The notes: generated by a model not told the origin, from the sequence alone. A stretch of DNA of 64,000 nt from an uncultured Armatimonadetes bacterium (GCA_963716175.1 OY970296.1:96001-160000); one strand, 5' to 3'; positions 20,610-30,167 are shown, counted from the stretch's first letter. Translations and numbers: made by a program.

Positions 20610-21614
20610 ATGTGCACACGATTAAAGGGCTTCACCCTAATAGAGTTGCTCGTAGTTATCGCGATCATCGCGATTTTGGCGGCGATGCTCTTCCCAGTGT
20701 TCGCCCGAGCGCGGGAATCGGCTCGGAAGATTCAGTGCCTGTCGAACGTGAAGAACATCGCCATGGGGATCCAGATGTACCTGAGCGACTATGACCGACT
20801 GTGGCCCTTCGAGCACAACCAGGAGGCGGTTGGGATCTGGGTCCATGGCGGCGATTGCAGCGACAATGATGCCAGGCGCAATGCCACGTGCGCCAACCCG
20901 TACCTGAGGGAGCCGGTGATCCTGGACGAGTACATCAAGAACCGGGATGTGTGGCGGTGCCCGAGCGCCAGGTTCGAGCGAGGGGCGATCATCATCACGT
21001 CGAGTCTCCCCGGCCGACCGTACTGGCAGGATTGGTTGGACAATTCTGACATCATCGGTTGCCCGCCTGCAATCAACTGCGATGCGGTGGCGTTTCCCCC
21101 CGGGTGGGGCGGCGACGTGACCGACAGTCTGGTTCAGCGGACGTGCGGAGGAGTAGACGGCGGGTTCAAGTGGAGTATCTCCCCGAACTGGTGGATGCAC
21201 GACCTCAAGTCGTCAGCGGTGAACGATCCGTCCAGGTTCGTCGCCACCGGCGAGGGCTTCCGAGGGGCCACGCTGCAGGACGGGAACACACTGGCTTACG
21301 GCGACATCTGCGGAAACAACGAGTGGTACCGGTCCTGCGGCGACCAGCCGAGCTCCGACTGCCCGTGGACCTTCGATTGCCAGTTTGACGGACCCGACCA
21401 GCACTTCCAGTTCTGGGCCGATCCGTCATACCGCAAGACATGGGCTCGTCACATGGGTGGACTGAGCATCGGGTTCCTGGACGGGCACGCACAGTGGTAC
21501 GCTTCGGACGCGGTGCTGGCCCTGTCGCCGGGCGGGCATGGGCCGGATGCGGATCATATGGTCCAAAACCCGAACCCCCACTTCGAGGGAGATCTGTGCG
21601 TGTGTGCTCCCTAG
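20610..21614 (+). CDS. Prepilin-type cleavage/methylation + DUF1559 + H-X9-DG protein (paralog 3)
   Basis: [41 protein letters not shown]; [15 protein letters not shown]. Confidence 0.9.
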   Translation: MCTRLKGFTLIELLVVIAIIAILAAMLFPVFARARESARKIQCLSNVKNIAMGIQMYLSDYDRLWPFEHNQEAVGIWVHGGDCSDNDARRNATCANPYLREPVILDEYIKNRDVWRCPSARFERGAIIITSSLPGRPYWQDWLDNSDIIGCPPAINCDAVAFPPGWGGDVTDSLVQRTCGGVDGGFKWSISPNWWMHDLKSSAVNDPSRFVATGEGFRGATLQDGNTLAYGDICGNNEWYRSCGDQPSSDCPWTFDCQFDGPDQHFQFWADPSYRKTWARHMGGLSIGFLDGHAQWYASDAVLALSPGGHGPDADHMVQNPNPHFEGDLCVCAP

Positions 21615-21641
21615 CGCGCGAGCCCTGCTCCCCCTGAACCG

Positions 21642-21674
21642 ACCGAGGAGGGTGCCCAATGGACCCTCCTCGGT
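21642..21674. terminator. Hairpin between the convergent prepilin-like and araC-family genes
   Basis: ACCGAGGAGGGT ... ACCCTCCTCGGT 12-bp stem. Confidence 0.55.
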
Positions 21675-21746
21675 GTCGTTGGTTCGGCCGCGCGAGCCAA
21701 CCCGCGCGCGTGCCGGCGGGATCGCTTGCGAGGGGAGCGCTCAGGC

Positions 21747-22700
21747 CTAGGGGCCGGCGAAACTCCTCTTTCCCTCGCGATACTGCAGCGGCGTACACCC
21801 ATATGCTCTGCTGAAGACGTGGTGCAGATGACTCGCGTCGGCAAATCCGGTCTGATCAGCAAGGGCCGTGAGCGACAATCCCGTAGTAGACAGCAACCTC
21901 TCCACGTGCCAGAGCCGAACCCGCACGCGGAACTTGTGGAAGCTCACGCCGAACGCGCGCCGGAAGATGCTGTTGAACTCGGTCAGACTCAACCGGCAGG
22001 CCGCCGCCGCCTCGGGCACAGTCAGGCGGCACGCAGGATCGGCGTGGGTAAGATCCACCGCCGGCACCACCCTTGAGAGATCCCCCGCTCGCACCGGGTG
22101 CGGATGAACCGGGAGCTTCGGCCAGGTGTCTCGACTGACCTCCCACAGCAGACGAAGGACGCTGAGCCTTACGGCCACAACCCATCTCGCTCTCCGCTCG
22201 GCTCTTTTGCCACGGCGTGTGCAGGTGGCCGCCAGCCGCGGGGTCGGCGGGCCCGCAAAGGGCCGGACCGTTTCGCTGCAGATCTCCCGGGCTATGGCCA
22301 GCGTGCGCTGGCGCATCTGCGGGGTCGTGACCCGGGGACGTTCCTCCGGCGCCAGGGCGAAAAGCCTGAGCCATGACAGGCCCCCAAAGGTCGCATCACC
22401 GAGAAACTCGGGCAGGAAAAGCAGTGGCAGCAGCTCCGTGTTCGGCACCGTGGTTCTCCAGGTGTGCGGCTCCCACGCCATACAAAGCCAGATATCGCCT
22501 GGTCCTAGGGGAAACACGTGTTGCTCCACTCGCATTTCGTATCGGCCTCCCAGCACGACGCCCACCTCAAAGCACTCGTGTATCTCGGTCGCCGGCGAGG
22601 TTGGAGAGGGGTGGCTTGTCACACCCCCCACGAAAGGCACGTCGGAGCTGACCGTGTACTCGGTTCTCTCAGGAGGCGCGGACGCCACTGCGCCCTCCAC
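21747..22700 (-). CDS. AraC family transcriptional regulator
   Basis: Cupin-like N-terminus (IHECFEVG..EPH); C-terminal HTH ALADQTGFADASHLHHVFSRAYGCTP..YR. Confidence 0.9.
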   Translation of the reverse strand: MEGAVASAPPERTEYTVSSDVPFVGGVTSHPSPTSPATEIHECFEVGVVLGGRYEMRVEQHVFPLGPGDIWLCMAWEPHTWRTTVPNTELLPLLFLPEFLGDATFGGLSWLRLFALAPEERPRVTTPQMRQRTLAIAREICSETVRPFAGPPTPRLAATCTRRGKRAERRARWVVAVRLSVLRLLWEVSRDTWPKLPVHPHPVRAGDLSRVVPAVDLTHADPACRLTVPEAAAACRLSLTEFNSIFRRAFGVSFHKFRVRVRLWHVERLLSTTGLSLTALADQTGFADASHLHHVFSRAYGCTPLQYREGKRSFAGP

Positions 22701-22719
22701 TTCACGCCAGGTTCAGCCG

Positions 22720-22780
22720 AATCTACAATGATTCATCAGTTCTGTCCAATGACGCATCAGACCTGCCATGCTACACTCGT
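22720..22780 (+). promoter_or_regulatory. Putative AraC-activated promoter (copy 2)
   Basis: CTACAAT (22723) and GTCCAAT (22744) 21 bp apart, then TGCTACACT at the same distance as in copy 1. Confidence 0.7.
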
Positions 22781-22796
22781 GCTGAGTGAGGGAGCA

Positions 22797-25700
22797 ATGA
22801 TGAGCATCGCGCCTGTGGGATTCGCCTTCTGCCTGGTGGCCGTATACCTTCTCGGCGGCAGCATCAACGCCGTTGCCTCGGAAGCTGGCCGGCCCGCCGG
22901 CGGCAGCGACTGGGAGCTGCCGGCCGCGTACCTCCGCGACAACGGCTTCCGTGGGGAGGTGATTCTCAACGGCTTCTGGGCAGGGCGCGTCCAGGGTGAA
23001 TCCCGGGGCTTCGCCAGAGTCCGCGTGCCTGATGCCGGAGAGTCCGCAAGGACCCCGCGAGAGTACTACCGTGATTTTCGTTTGCCGAAAGGATGGGAGA
23101 GTCGCCGGGTGGTGCTGGAGATTGGCGGTTTCTCCCTGGACGGTGCGGTCACGCTCGATGGCAGGCCCATCCTGCAAGTGCCACAAGGCATGCGGTTCCT
23201 GGAGGTGGAGCTGCCGATCAAGCAGACTCCCGAGGCAACCTACCGGCTCGGGGTGACCACCGGCCTGATAAACGGCGATGTGTGGCTGCGGAGCTCGCCC
23301 AGGCCGGCTGCGGTGATCGACGACAGCTTCCTGACGACCTCCTACCGCCAGCGAGAGGTGCACGTGCGTCTTTCCGGAAGCGCTCCGGCGGGATCTCAGT
23401 TGCGCACGGTCGTCCACATCTATGCCGATCCTGCGGCCCAGCAGCTAGTGAAGTGCGTCGCCGGAGACCGGCCCGTCGTCGCGGACGAGACTGGCCATTG
23501 GCAGACCGACCTGTCCGCGCTCTGGCCAGAGGCCAGGCTATGGTCGCGCTGGCATCCCAATCTCTATTGGTACACCGTTGATTTGACAGCCGGGAGCGGA
23601 GGAGTCGTCGACAAGCTGCTCCCGCGCTCGTTCGGGTTCCGCGAAGTCTGGCTTGAAGATGGGCAGCTGTACCTGAACGGAATCCCGCTGAACTGTACCA
23701 GCGACAGCTGGCCGGTGTCGCTGGGGGGCCGCAATGTGATGCGTGAGCAGGCGGCAATGGTGGTCGCCAACGCCAAGAAGATCGGATTCACCTGGGGATG
23801 GCAGTTTCGATTGGAGGGCGACACGTTTTTCGATGTGGCCGACCGGCAGGGGATGCTGGTCATGCGGGATGCCGGACGCCTGATGAAGAGCTTCTTCGAC
23901 CCAGACGTGCCGGAAAAGGACGCAGCGGCGCGCGCGGCAGAGATCACCCGGGTGGTGCGGCACTGGCGCGAGCATCCTTCTCTCGTACTGTGGTGGTCGG
24001 ACGCGCCCTATAGCACCGGGGACACGCTTTACTCCGGTCTGGTTGGGAAGGTCTCCGACCCGTGGAACTACTTCCCGGGCAATCGCGACCCCGAGAAGAC
24101 GCGGGGCGCTCACCTGATGTTCAAGCGAGTGGCGGATCTCATTTCATCGCTCGACCCGACTCGACCGGTCGCGACCCAAAGCGGTCCCTACAGCCCAATC
24201 GAGGGCTGCACCCGCTACCTCTGCTACAACCTGGATCTCCAGGAGCGGGAGGAGTTCTTCGACTACTGGTTCCGGAGCGGAAGACCCAAGGCACTCTGGA
24301 TCTCCGAGTTCGGCGTTCCCTTCCAGAGCTTCTACTTCATCCGCAGGGAAGCGCACCAGATGCCCGATGGGAACGGCCGCCTGCCCACGATCTACGTGGA
24401 AGCCGCAGCGCGGCTCTTTGGCGACCAGGTCTACCTTGACGTGCCGGATGACACCCTGAAGCTCTGGCCGGAGACCCAGTACATGACGGCCCTGGATCAC
24501 ATCCCATCCCCTATCTTCCAGCGCCTGGTGGCAGAGCAGGTGTCGGGTATCTGGCGGTCATGGCGCACCTATGGGCTCTCGGCGGCCGCGCATTTCGTGC
24601 TGGTGGATGGGTTCATGCCGATAGTGAACAGACCGCCAGGGGAGCGGTACGGCGTCAATGAGGAAGCCGACGCTCGCCGTCCGGGCTACAGCCGGGTGGT
24701 CGCGCCGGATGAGGCCCACGCTTCCCCCCTACTGGGGGTGGATGAGATCCTGCCCGCCGGCAAGGCCTATCTGCGCAGTGTCAGTCCTCTGCTGGCCTAC
24801 CTCGGGGGGCCTGACACTCACTTCACCAACAAGGACCACCTCTACTACGCCGGCGCTCCGGTGCGAAAATCGGTGATCGTCCTCAACGACTACGACGACC
24901 CGGCGGTGTTGGATGGCCAGTGGCAGTTGCTCGACAGCGCAGGAAAGGTCGTGCTGTCCGGGCCAGTCAAGGGGACGGTCGGACCAGGGCAACGGGCCTT
25001 GACTCAATTCCCGATTGAGTTCGCGGCCCCGTCCGTGGCCGAGCGCAGGGACTATACCCTGGTCCTCAATCTGAATGCCAATCTGCCAGGGACGCTCGAC
25101 GACCGGTTTGCCATCACCGTGTTCCCGCCCCACCAGCCGAAGCCGCTGCCATTCGCGGGCACGGTCTGGCGGCTCAATGTGAGCTATGACCGGTCGGGAG
25201 ACCACAAGCATTTCGAATGGAACGATGAGACGGAACGCTTCCTGAAGGCGGCCGGGGTGCAGTGCCGGCTAGTGCCAGGCCTCAAGCAGTTCCCGCGGAC
25301 TCCGGCAGGGAGTGACGAGGCGGCGAAGCCGGGCGCGAGCTCCTCGCCGCAGCCGGGCGACCTGCTGATCCTCCCGCGCCGGTATCTGTCGGCAGGCCAG
25401 GACGAATCGCAGCTCAACTCCCGCCTGCTGCAGGAACTCGACATCGACCGGCTGATCGAACAGGGGCTGCGGGTGATCGTCTTCGAGCAGGATACGCCGA
25501 ATCTCTTCGGCCTGACCACCGAAGATGTGCGTCCCCGCCAGGTTTTCATGACGGCCGCAGGGCACCCGGTCTTCGCGGGGTTGCAGCCTAGTGACCTGAC
25601 CAACTGGACGGGGGAGAGCGACCTGCAGCCTGCAATGTCGCCGATCACTATGAGCGAGAAGGAGTTCCCTGATAGGATTGCGCACGTCAGCAACACGAAC

Positions 25701-26384
25701 GCGGTAGCCAGCCGCACGCTCGTCCGCCCGCAGGTGGGCGCCTGTCGCGCGCTGGCGGTGAGCGGCTTCGACCTGGCAGAGTCTCCCCTACTGGAGGTCA
25801 CGCGGGGCAAAGGTCGCATCCTGTTCTGCCAGCTGGACGTCTCCAACCGGTATGGCCTCGATCCGGCGGCCACCCGACTGGTAGACAACCTGTTCCAGTA
25901 TATGACGAGCGTCGCTGAGCCCAGCCTAGACAAGTCGGCGGTGGCCCACCTGCCGGTGGACGGGACGACGGTGGTCGCCCGCAAACAGGTCTTCCGTGCA
26001 GCCAAGCCTCCCGGCGCTGATGGATGGGGGATCACGCAGGGGGAGCTGTTCTTCCGCGAGTCCATCTACCAGAACAACTGGATCACGGAGAAGCTGCCGG
26101 ATGTCGCGGTGCCTGTGCTGGCGTCCTCGCCGCAGGGGGGACTGCCGCAGGTGGTACGGCGGGATGGGGCGACAGGGCTGTACCAACTGACCCTGGACGA
26201 GGCGAGCTTCACAACAGGCTGGGGTAAGCGCAAAGTGGCCTGGCTGCGCAGCGCTCTCATCGTTAACCAGGGAGGCAGTCTACTGGAGGGGCCGGCCTTC
26301 AAGTACCAGGGCGACTCGATCCGCCTATACCCCCATGTCTGGCTGGAGGACTTCGTCGATCCGTACCTGGCTGACATGATCTGA
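22797..26384 (+). CDS. Large secreted glycoside hydrolase family 2-like protein
   Basis: Signal peptide; ARLWSRWHPNLY, FGFREVWLEDGQLYLNG, FDVADRQGMLV, REHPSLVLWW, LDPTRPV, ISEFG. Confidence 0.7.
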   Translation: MMSIAPVGFAFCLVAVYLLGGSINAVASEAGRPAGGSDWELPAAYLRDNGFRGEVILNGFWAGRVQGESRGFARVRVPDAGESARTPREYYRDFRLPKGWESRRVVLEIGGFSLDGAVTLDGRPILQVPQGMRFLEVELPIKQTPEATYRLGVTTGLINGDVWLRSSPRPAAVIDDSFLTTSYRQREVHVRLSGSAPAGSQLRTVVHIYADPAAQQLVKCVAGDRPVVADETGHWQTDLSALWPEARLWSRWHPNLYWYTVDLTAGSGGVVDKLLPRSFGFREVWLEDGQLYLNGIPLNCTSDSWPVSLGGRNVMREQAAMVVANAKKIGFTWGWQFRLEGDTFFDVADRQGMLVMRDAGRLMKSFFDPDVPEKDAAARAAEITRVVRHWREHPSLVLWWSDAPYSTGDTLYSGLVGKVSDPWNYFPGNRDPEKTRGAHLMFKRVADLISSLDPTRPVATQSGPYSPIEGCTRYLCYNLDLQEREEFFDYWFRSGRPKALWISEFGVPFQSFYFIRREAHQMPDGNGRLPTIYVEAAARLFGDQVYLDVPDDTLKLWPETQYMTALDHIPSPIFQRLVAEQVSGIWRSWRTYGLSAAAHFVLVDGFMPIVNRPPGERYGVNEEADARRPGYSRVVAPDEAHASPLLGVDEILPAGKAYLRSVSPLLAYLGGPDTHFTNKDHLYYAGAPVRKSVIVLNDYDDPAVLDGQWQLLDSAGKVVLSGPVKGTVGPGQRALTQFPIEFAAPSVAERRDYTLVLNLNANLPGTLDDRFAITVFPPHQPKPLPFAGTVWRLNVSYDRSGDHKHFEWNDETERFLKAAGVQCRLVPGLKQFPRTPAGSDEAAKPGASSSPQPGDLLILPRRYLSAGQDESQLNSRLLQELDIDRLIEQGLRVIVFEQDTPNLFGLTTEDVRPRQVFMTAAGHPVFAGLQPSDLTNWTGESDLQPAMSPITMSEKEFPDRIAHVSNTNAVASRTLVRPQVGACRALAVSGFDLAESPLLEVTRGKGRILFCQLDVSNRYGLDPAATRLVDNLFQYMTSVAEPSLDKSAVAHLPVDGTTVVARKQVFRAAKPPGADGWGITQGELFFRESIYQNNWITEKLPDVAVPVLASSPQGGLPQVVRRDGATGLYQLTLDEASFTTGWGKRKVAWLRSALIVNQGGSLLEGPAFKYQGDSIRLYPHVWLEDFVDPYLADMI

Positions 26385-26453
26385 GCATCCTCGCGCCGGC
26401 CGGCGGCACCACCACGGCCGGCGCATGACGACGGCGTGCGGGCAAAGGCAGGA

Positions 26454-28460
26454 ATGGCGCGGCGGGATTCCGGGCTTGAAGATAGCGGTGCTGCAGTCGC
26501 GCCGGCTTCCGCGCCGGGCGTGGCGCTTGGCCTGCCGCGACTGCCGGTCTGGCGGGGGTTCGCCGCCGGTCTGCTCTTGCTGGCGCCCAACTCGCTCTGG
26601 GTCTACTACATGGAGGGGATGACGGGGCACGGTCCGTACGTCTCCACCATCTCGCTGTTCCTCAATGTCGTGTTCATCATCGCCGTCTGCGGTGCGCTGA
26701 ACTCGCTCGCGCGAAGACTGCGGCCCGGGCTGGCGCTGAACCGCGCCGAACTCATCATCGCCTACGTGATACTGACCATCAACACCTCTATCGTCGGGCA
26801 TGACCTGATGCAGGTGCTGTTCCCGGTGATGACGGCGGGCTACTGGCTGGCGAACCCTCAGAACCGATGGGGCGATATGCTGACCGCGACGACGCCGAGC
26901 TGGCTCGGCGTCTCGGACAGGGAGGTCCTGTACGGCTACTACAGCGGCTCATCCACCATGTACCAGGCGGCGGTGATCAGGGCCTGGCTTGGACCGGCCC
27001 TGTGGTGGAGCGGCTTCGTGCTGGTGCTGGTCTCCGCCATGGTGTGCATGGCAGTGCTGGTGAGGCCTCTCTGGGCCGAGCGGGAGCGCCTGACCTTCCC
27101 GATCATCCAACTGCCCCTCGAGCTCACAAACCCGGAGAGCAGCCTGCTGAGAAGTCGCTTGCTCTGGATCGGGGTTGCGGTGGCCGGGGGCATCGATACG
27201 GTGAATGCTCTCAACACGGTCTATCCCTCTATCCCGGCGATTCCGGTCAGCTTCGATCTGATGACCTACATAAAGGATCCTCCGTGGAGCGGTATCGGCT
27301 GGCTGCCGGTCACCTTCCACCCCTTCCTGATCGGTCTGTCTTTCCTGATGCCGCTCGACCTGAGCTTCTCCTGCGTGTTCTTCTTCTTCTGGTGGAAACT
27401 GCTCTACGTGATCGCGACCGCGACGGGGATAAGCACCGGCTACGCCGGGGACATGTCTGAGGCGATCTTCCCCTGGAAGAACGAGCAGATGTTCGGCGGC
27501 TTCATCGCCATCACACTCAGCTCGCTTCTGATCGGGAGACACTACTTCGGGCACGTCTGGCGCCGCATTGTGAGCGGGATGGGTGAGGTGGACGACGCCC
27601 GGGAAGGGTTGCGGTTCCGCACCGCGGCGGTGGGCCTGGTGGTCTGTATCCTCCTGTTGGTGGCCTTCAGCGTCCACGGGGGGATGTCCCCGTGGCTGGC
27701 CGTCACCTTTTTTGCGCTATACTACGCCCTCGCCACCGCGGTGGCGAGGGTGCGCGCCGAGCTCGGGGCTCCGGTGCATGATTTCCACTTCACCGGGCCG
27801 GACTATGCACTTGCACACATGCTCGGCACCGGCAACCTGCGGGCGCGTGACCTGGGGATGCTTGGGCAGTACTTCTGGTTCAACCGGGCCTACCGGGGGC
27901 ACCCCATCGCGGGTTCGCTGGAGGGGCTGCAGATGGCGGCGCGCGCCGGGATGTCGCCGCGCCCCATTGTGGCCGCCGTGCTGGTGGCGGTCCTGCTATC
28001 GCTGGCAGCCGGCTTTTGGATCCGGCTTCACCTCTCCTACCAGGTCGGCACGAACATGCTGTTCATCTCGACCGGCGACTGGTTCGGGGTGGAGACCTAC
28101 AACCGGCTTCAGTCCTGGACGGAGAGCCCCAAGCCGATGAACCTGGCGGCGGCCGGCGCGATGGGCGCCGGACTCGTGACCACCCTCCTGCTGGCGGCGG
28201 CACGCACTACCTTCGTAGGCTGGCCGCTGCACCCGGTAGCGTATGCGCTTTCGGCGAGTTGGGAGATCCACCTGGTGTGGATGCCGATGCTCATCGCGTG
28301 GCTGGCCAAACTGGCCATCACCCGCTACGGCGGACTACGTCTCTACCACCAGGCGCTGCCTTTCTTCTTCGGGCTCATCTTGGGCGAATCTCTCGTGGGC
28401 TGTCTGTGGGTGCTGATCGGGCTGGTTCTCAAGCTCCCGAGCTACAGCTTCTTCACGTAG
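26454..28460 (+). CDS. DUF6785/DUF6784-type polytopic membrane protein (putative transporter)
   Basis: Many transmembrane helices; W.ERERLTFPIIQLP, WPLHPVAY, RYGGLRLY..ALPFFFGLILGE. Confidence 0.75.
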   Translation: MARRDSGLEDSGAAVAPASAPGVALGLPRLPVWRGFAAGLLLLAPNSLWVYYMEGMTGHGPYVSTISLFLNVVFIIAVCGALNSLARRLRPGLALNRAELIIAYVILTINTSIVGHDLMQVLFPVMTAGYWLANPQNRWGDMLTATTPSWLGVSDREVLYGYYSGSSTMYQAAVIRAWLGPALWWSGFVLVLVSAMVCMAVLVRPLWAERERLTFPIIQLPLELTNPESSLLRSRLLWIGVAVAGGIDTVNALNTVYPSIPAIPVSFDLMTYIKDPPWSGIGWLPVTFHPFLIGLSFLMPLDLSFSCVFFFFWWKLLYVIATATGISTGYAGDMSEAIFPWKNEQMFGGFIAITLSSLLIGRHYFGHVWRRIVSGMGEVDDAREGLRFRTAAVGLVVCILLLVAFSVHGGMSPWLAVTFFALYYALATAVARVRAELGAPVHDFHFTGPDYALAHMLGTGNLRARDLGMLGQYFWFNRAYRGHPIAGSLEGLQMAARAGMSPRPIVAAVLVAVLLSLAAGFWIRLHLSYQVGTNMLFISTGDWFGVETYNRLQSWTESPKPMNLAAAGAMGAGLVTTLLLAAARTTFVGWPLHPVAYALSASWEIHLVWMPMLIAWLAKLAITRYGGLRLYHQALPFFFGLILGESLVGCLWVLIGLVLKLPSYSFFT

Positions 28461-28506
28461 TCCCCCGAACCGACGATAGAATGCGCGATGCCAGCGCCGA
28501 TAGGGA

Positions 28507-28571
28507 CATGTCTCATCAGAGACCACGAGATGGTCGTCGGGAAACTGCACGGGGAGAGTCTTGACACGCCA
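28507..28571 (-). repeat. Left part of an ~80-bp repeat interrupted by the IS110 element
   Basis: Reverse complement aligns with about 61085-61146 (GGCGTGTCA..TGCAGT..CCCGA..GGTCTCTG.TGAGACATG). Confidence 0.75.
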
Positions 28572-28589
28572 AATGGCTATGCTAAGTGA

Positions 28590-28826
28590 GCGGGTTCCGT
28601 GCAGGGCGGAGGGGTTGTCGCCGGACCTGCCTTCGACTAGCCTGAGAAGGCAGGGGGCCGAGGTAGGGCTGCCTATAAGATGCGCTCCGGTACACCGGAG
28701 TCGCTCCGCCCGAATTGCCACCTCGGCCCGCCCTCCCGTTTGCCTGATTGGCCATTTGCGCTCCGGTTCTGGAGTCGCTGAGAGAATCGTGGACCAGCGG
28801 GAAGACCTGCCCATCTTGGCACGGAG
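28590..28826 (+). ncRNA. Putative IS110 bridge RNA (5' hairpin, target-binding loop, donor-binding loop)
   Basis: Hairpin 28626-28654; two internal loops sharing TGCGCTCCGG...CYGGAGTCGCT; flanking variable segments match the target and donor junctions. Confidence 0.75.
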
Positions 28827-28835
28827 GAGGCGGCG

Positions 28836-30050
28836 ATGGAAGCGGATGTGATCTGGGTGGGAGTCGACGTAGGGCGCTACACCCATGCGCTCTGTGGGAT
28901 TGACGCATCAGGGGCAATCGTGTGGGAGCGGCAACGGGTTCCCAACCCCACTTGGGCAATGCGCCGCGCGTTCGAGAAGCTGAGCCGCTTCGCCAAGGGC
29001 CGACCACTGCGCTTTGCGACCGAAGAGCCCGCTGGCAATGCCTCTGCACTGCTTCGTCTGCTGGCGGCAGCTGGCGAAGCCGTCTACCTCGCTCAGCCAC
29101 TCCGAGTGTATCGGTTTCACCTTGCCCTGGGGCAGCCCCACAAGACAGACCCCTATGATGCTCAGGTGATCGCCGAGTTCGCCCGCCAGAATGCCTCCAA
29201 GCTGCCCCCCGTTCGGCTTGGTACACCAGCTACGCAGGCCCTGCGCGTGCTCTCCCGGCGGGCCGAGGCCCTGAGCAAGGATCTGCGGCGCTGCGTCAAC
29301 CGGCTTCGTGGTGTGCTTGCTGAGTATGCACCCGAGTGGCTTGCCTGTAAGGTGTTCAGGGACTGGTCCAGTGGGGCGGCCTTGGGGACGCTGGAGCGTT
29401 ACGGGCGGATCTCAAAGCTGCGTCGAGCCCGCGTCAGCTCACTTGCCAAGGCCCTCTCCCAGTGGACGCAAGGACGCTACGGCGAAGCCCAGGCTCGCGC
29501 GCTCATCGCAGCCTTCGCGGAAGTCTCTCTCCCTGCGCAGTTGGAAGCAGCCCACTCTCAGGTGATCTGCTCTCTCGTCTCCCAGATTCGCGGTCTGATC
29601 GCGGAGAGAGGGCAATTGCGCGCGCGCGTCGCGGCGGAGGGCGAATCCCTGCCCGCGGTGGCAGTGCTCCAGTCCGAATTCGGCTACGGTCCGGAAACAG
29701 CCGCCGTCATCGTTTCCGAGGTCGGTGACATGGCCGACTTCCCCAGAGAAGCAGCTTTCGCTACCTACTGTGGGGTGACTCCGCTCAAACGCAGGTCTGG
29801 GGTCTCCCGCGGCTCTGCACGCCTCTCGCGCTTCACGAGCAAACGGCTGCTGCGAGCCGTTACGCAGGCGGCGCTGACAGCTGCGACCCACCACGCAGAG
29901 TCCCGACTCTACTACCAGAAGAAGCTGGCCGGCCGATCCGATCCGCGCACCAAGACGCTCGCCCTCATCGCGCTCGCGCGGCATCGCGCCCGGCGGCTCT
30001 ACAAGGTACTGCGACGTGCGTCGTTACCGTCGGCGGAGGTCGCCGCGTAA
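28836..30050 (+). CDS. IS110 family DEDD recombinase/transposase
   Basis: WVGVDVGR, ATEE, HKTDPYDA (RuvC-like DEDD); FATYCGVTP...SG catalytic Ser region; GGAGGAGG RBS. Confidence 0.92.
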   Translation: MEADVIWVGVDVGRYTHALCGIDASGAIVWERQRVPNPTWAMRRAFEKLSRFAKGRPLRFATEEPAGNASALLRLLAAAGEAVYLAQPLRVYRFHLALGQPHKTDPYDAQVIAEFARQNASKLPPVRLGTPATQALRVLSRRAEALSKDLRRCVNRLRGVLAEYAPEWLACKVFRDWSSGAALGTLERYGRISKLRRARVSSLAKALSQWTQGRYGEAQARALIAAFAEVSLPAQLEAAHSQVICSLVSQIRGLIAERGQLRARVAAEGESLPAVAVLQSEFGYGPETAAVIVSEVGDMADFPREAAFATYCGVTPLKRRSGVSRGSARLSRFTSKRLLRAVTQAALTAATHHAESRLYYQKKLAGRSDPRTKTLALIALARHRARRLYKVLRRASLPSAEVAA

Positions 30051-30094
30051 CGTGAGCAAGACCGCGTTGAGACAACTCTTGACTAAACAGAGAG

Positions 30095-30113
30095 TCTTAT
30101 AGGGACACCCACA
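30095..30113 (-). repeat. Right part of the IS110-interrupted repeat
   Basis: Reverse complement TGTGGGTGTCCCTATAAGA matches TGTGGGTGTTCCCATAAGG at 61066-61084. Confidence 0.7.
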
Positions 30114-30126
30114 ACCGGTCCTGGGC

Positions 30127-30167
30127 TTGACATTCGCCGGCGGCTGGTGTATAAGCAGCTGATATTC
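30127..30167 (+). promoter_or_regulatory. padR promoter with overlapping putative PadR operator
   Basis: TTGACA-N17-TATAAG; imperfect palindrome GTATAAGCAGCTGATATTC at 30149-30167. Confidence 0.7.

Larger units (their letters stand above)
28572..30094 (+). mobile_element. IS110-family insertion sequence (boundaries +/-1 bp)
   Basis: Removing it restores a repeat colinear with 61066-61146; joining the ends gives TTGACT-N16/17-TATGCT; no terminal inverted repeats or target duplication. Confidence 0.85.

Noticed and set aside
28561-28583. TTGACA...TATGCT as a functional promoter in the inserted state
   Set aside because: The spacer is only 11 bp; the -10 pairs properly with the right-end TTGACT only after circularisation.
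28554-30098. GAGAGTCTT direct repeat (28554-28562 and 30090-30098) as the IS110 boundary or target duplication
   Set aside because: That boundary gives no junction promoter and deletes the GACACGCC segment present in the uninterrupted repeat at 61066-61146; 28572-30094 fits the promoter, the guides and the empty copy.
28500-30107. ATAGGGACA direct repeat (28500-28508 and 30099-30107) as the IS boundary
   Set aside because: Both copies lie outside the boundaries supported by the empty-site alignment. Their origin is unexplained and may relate to the host repeat.
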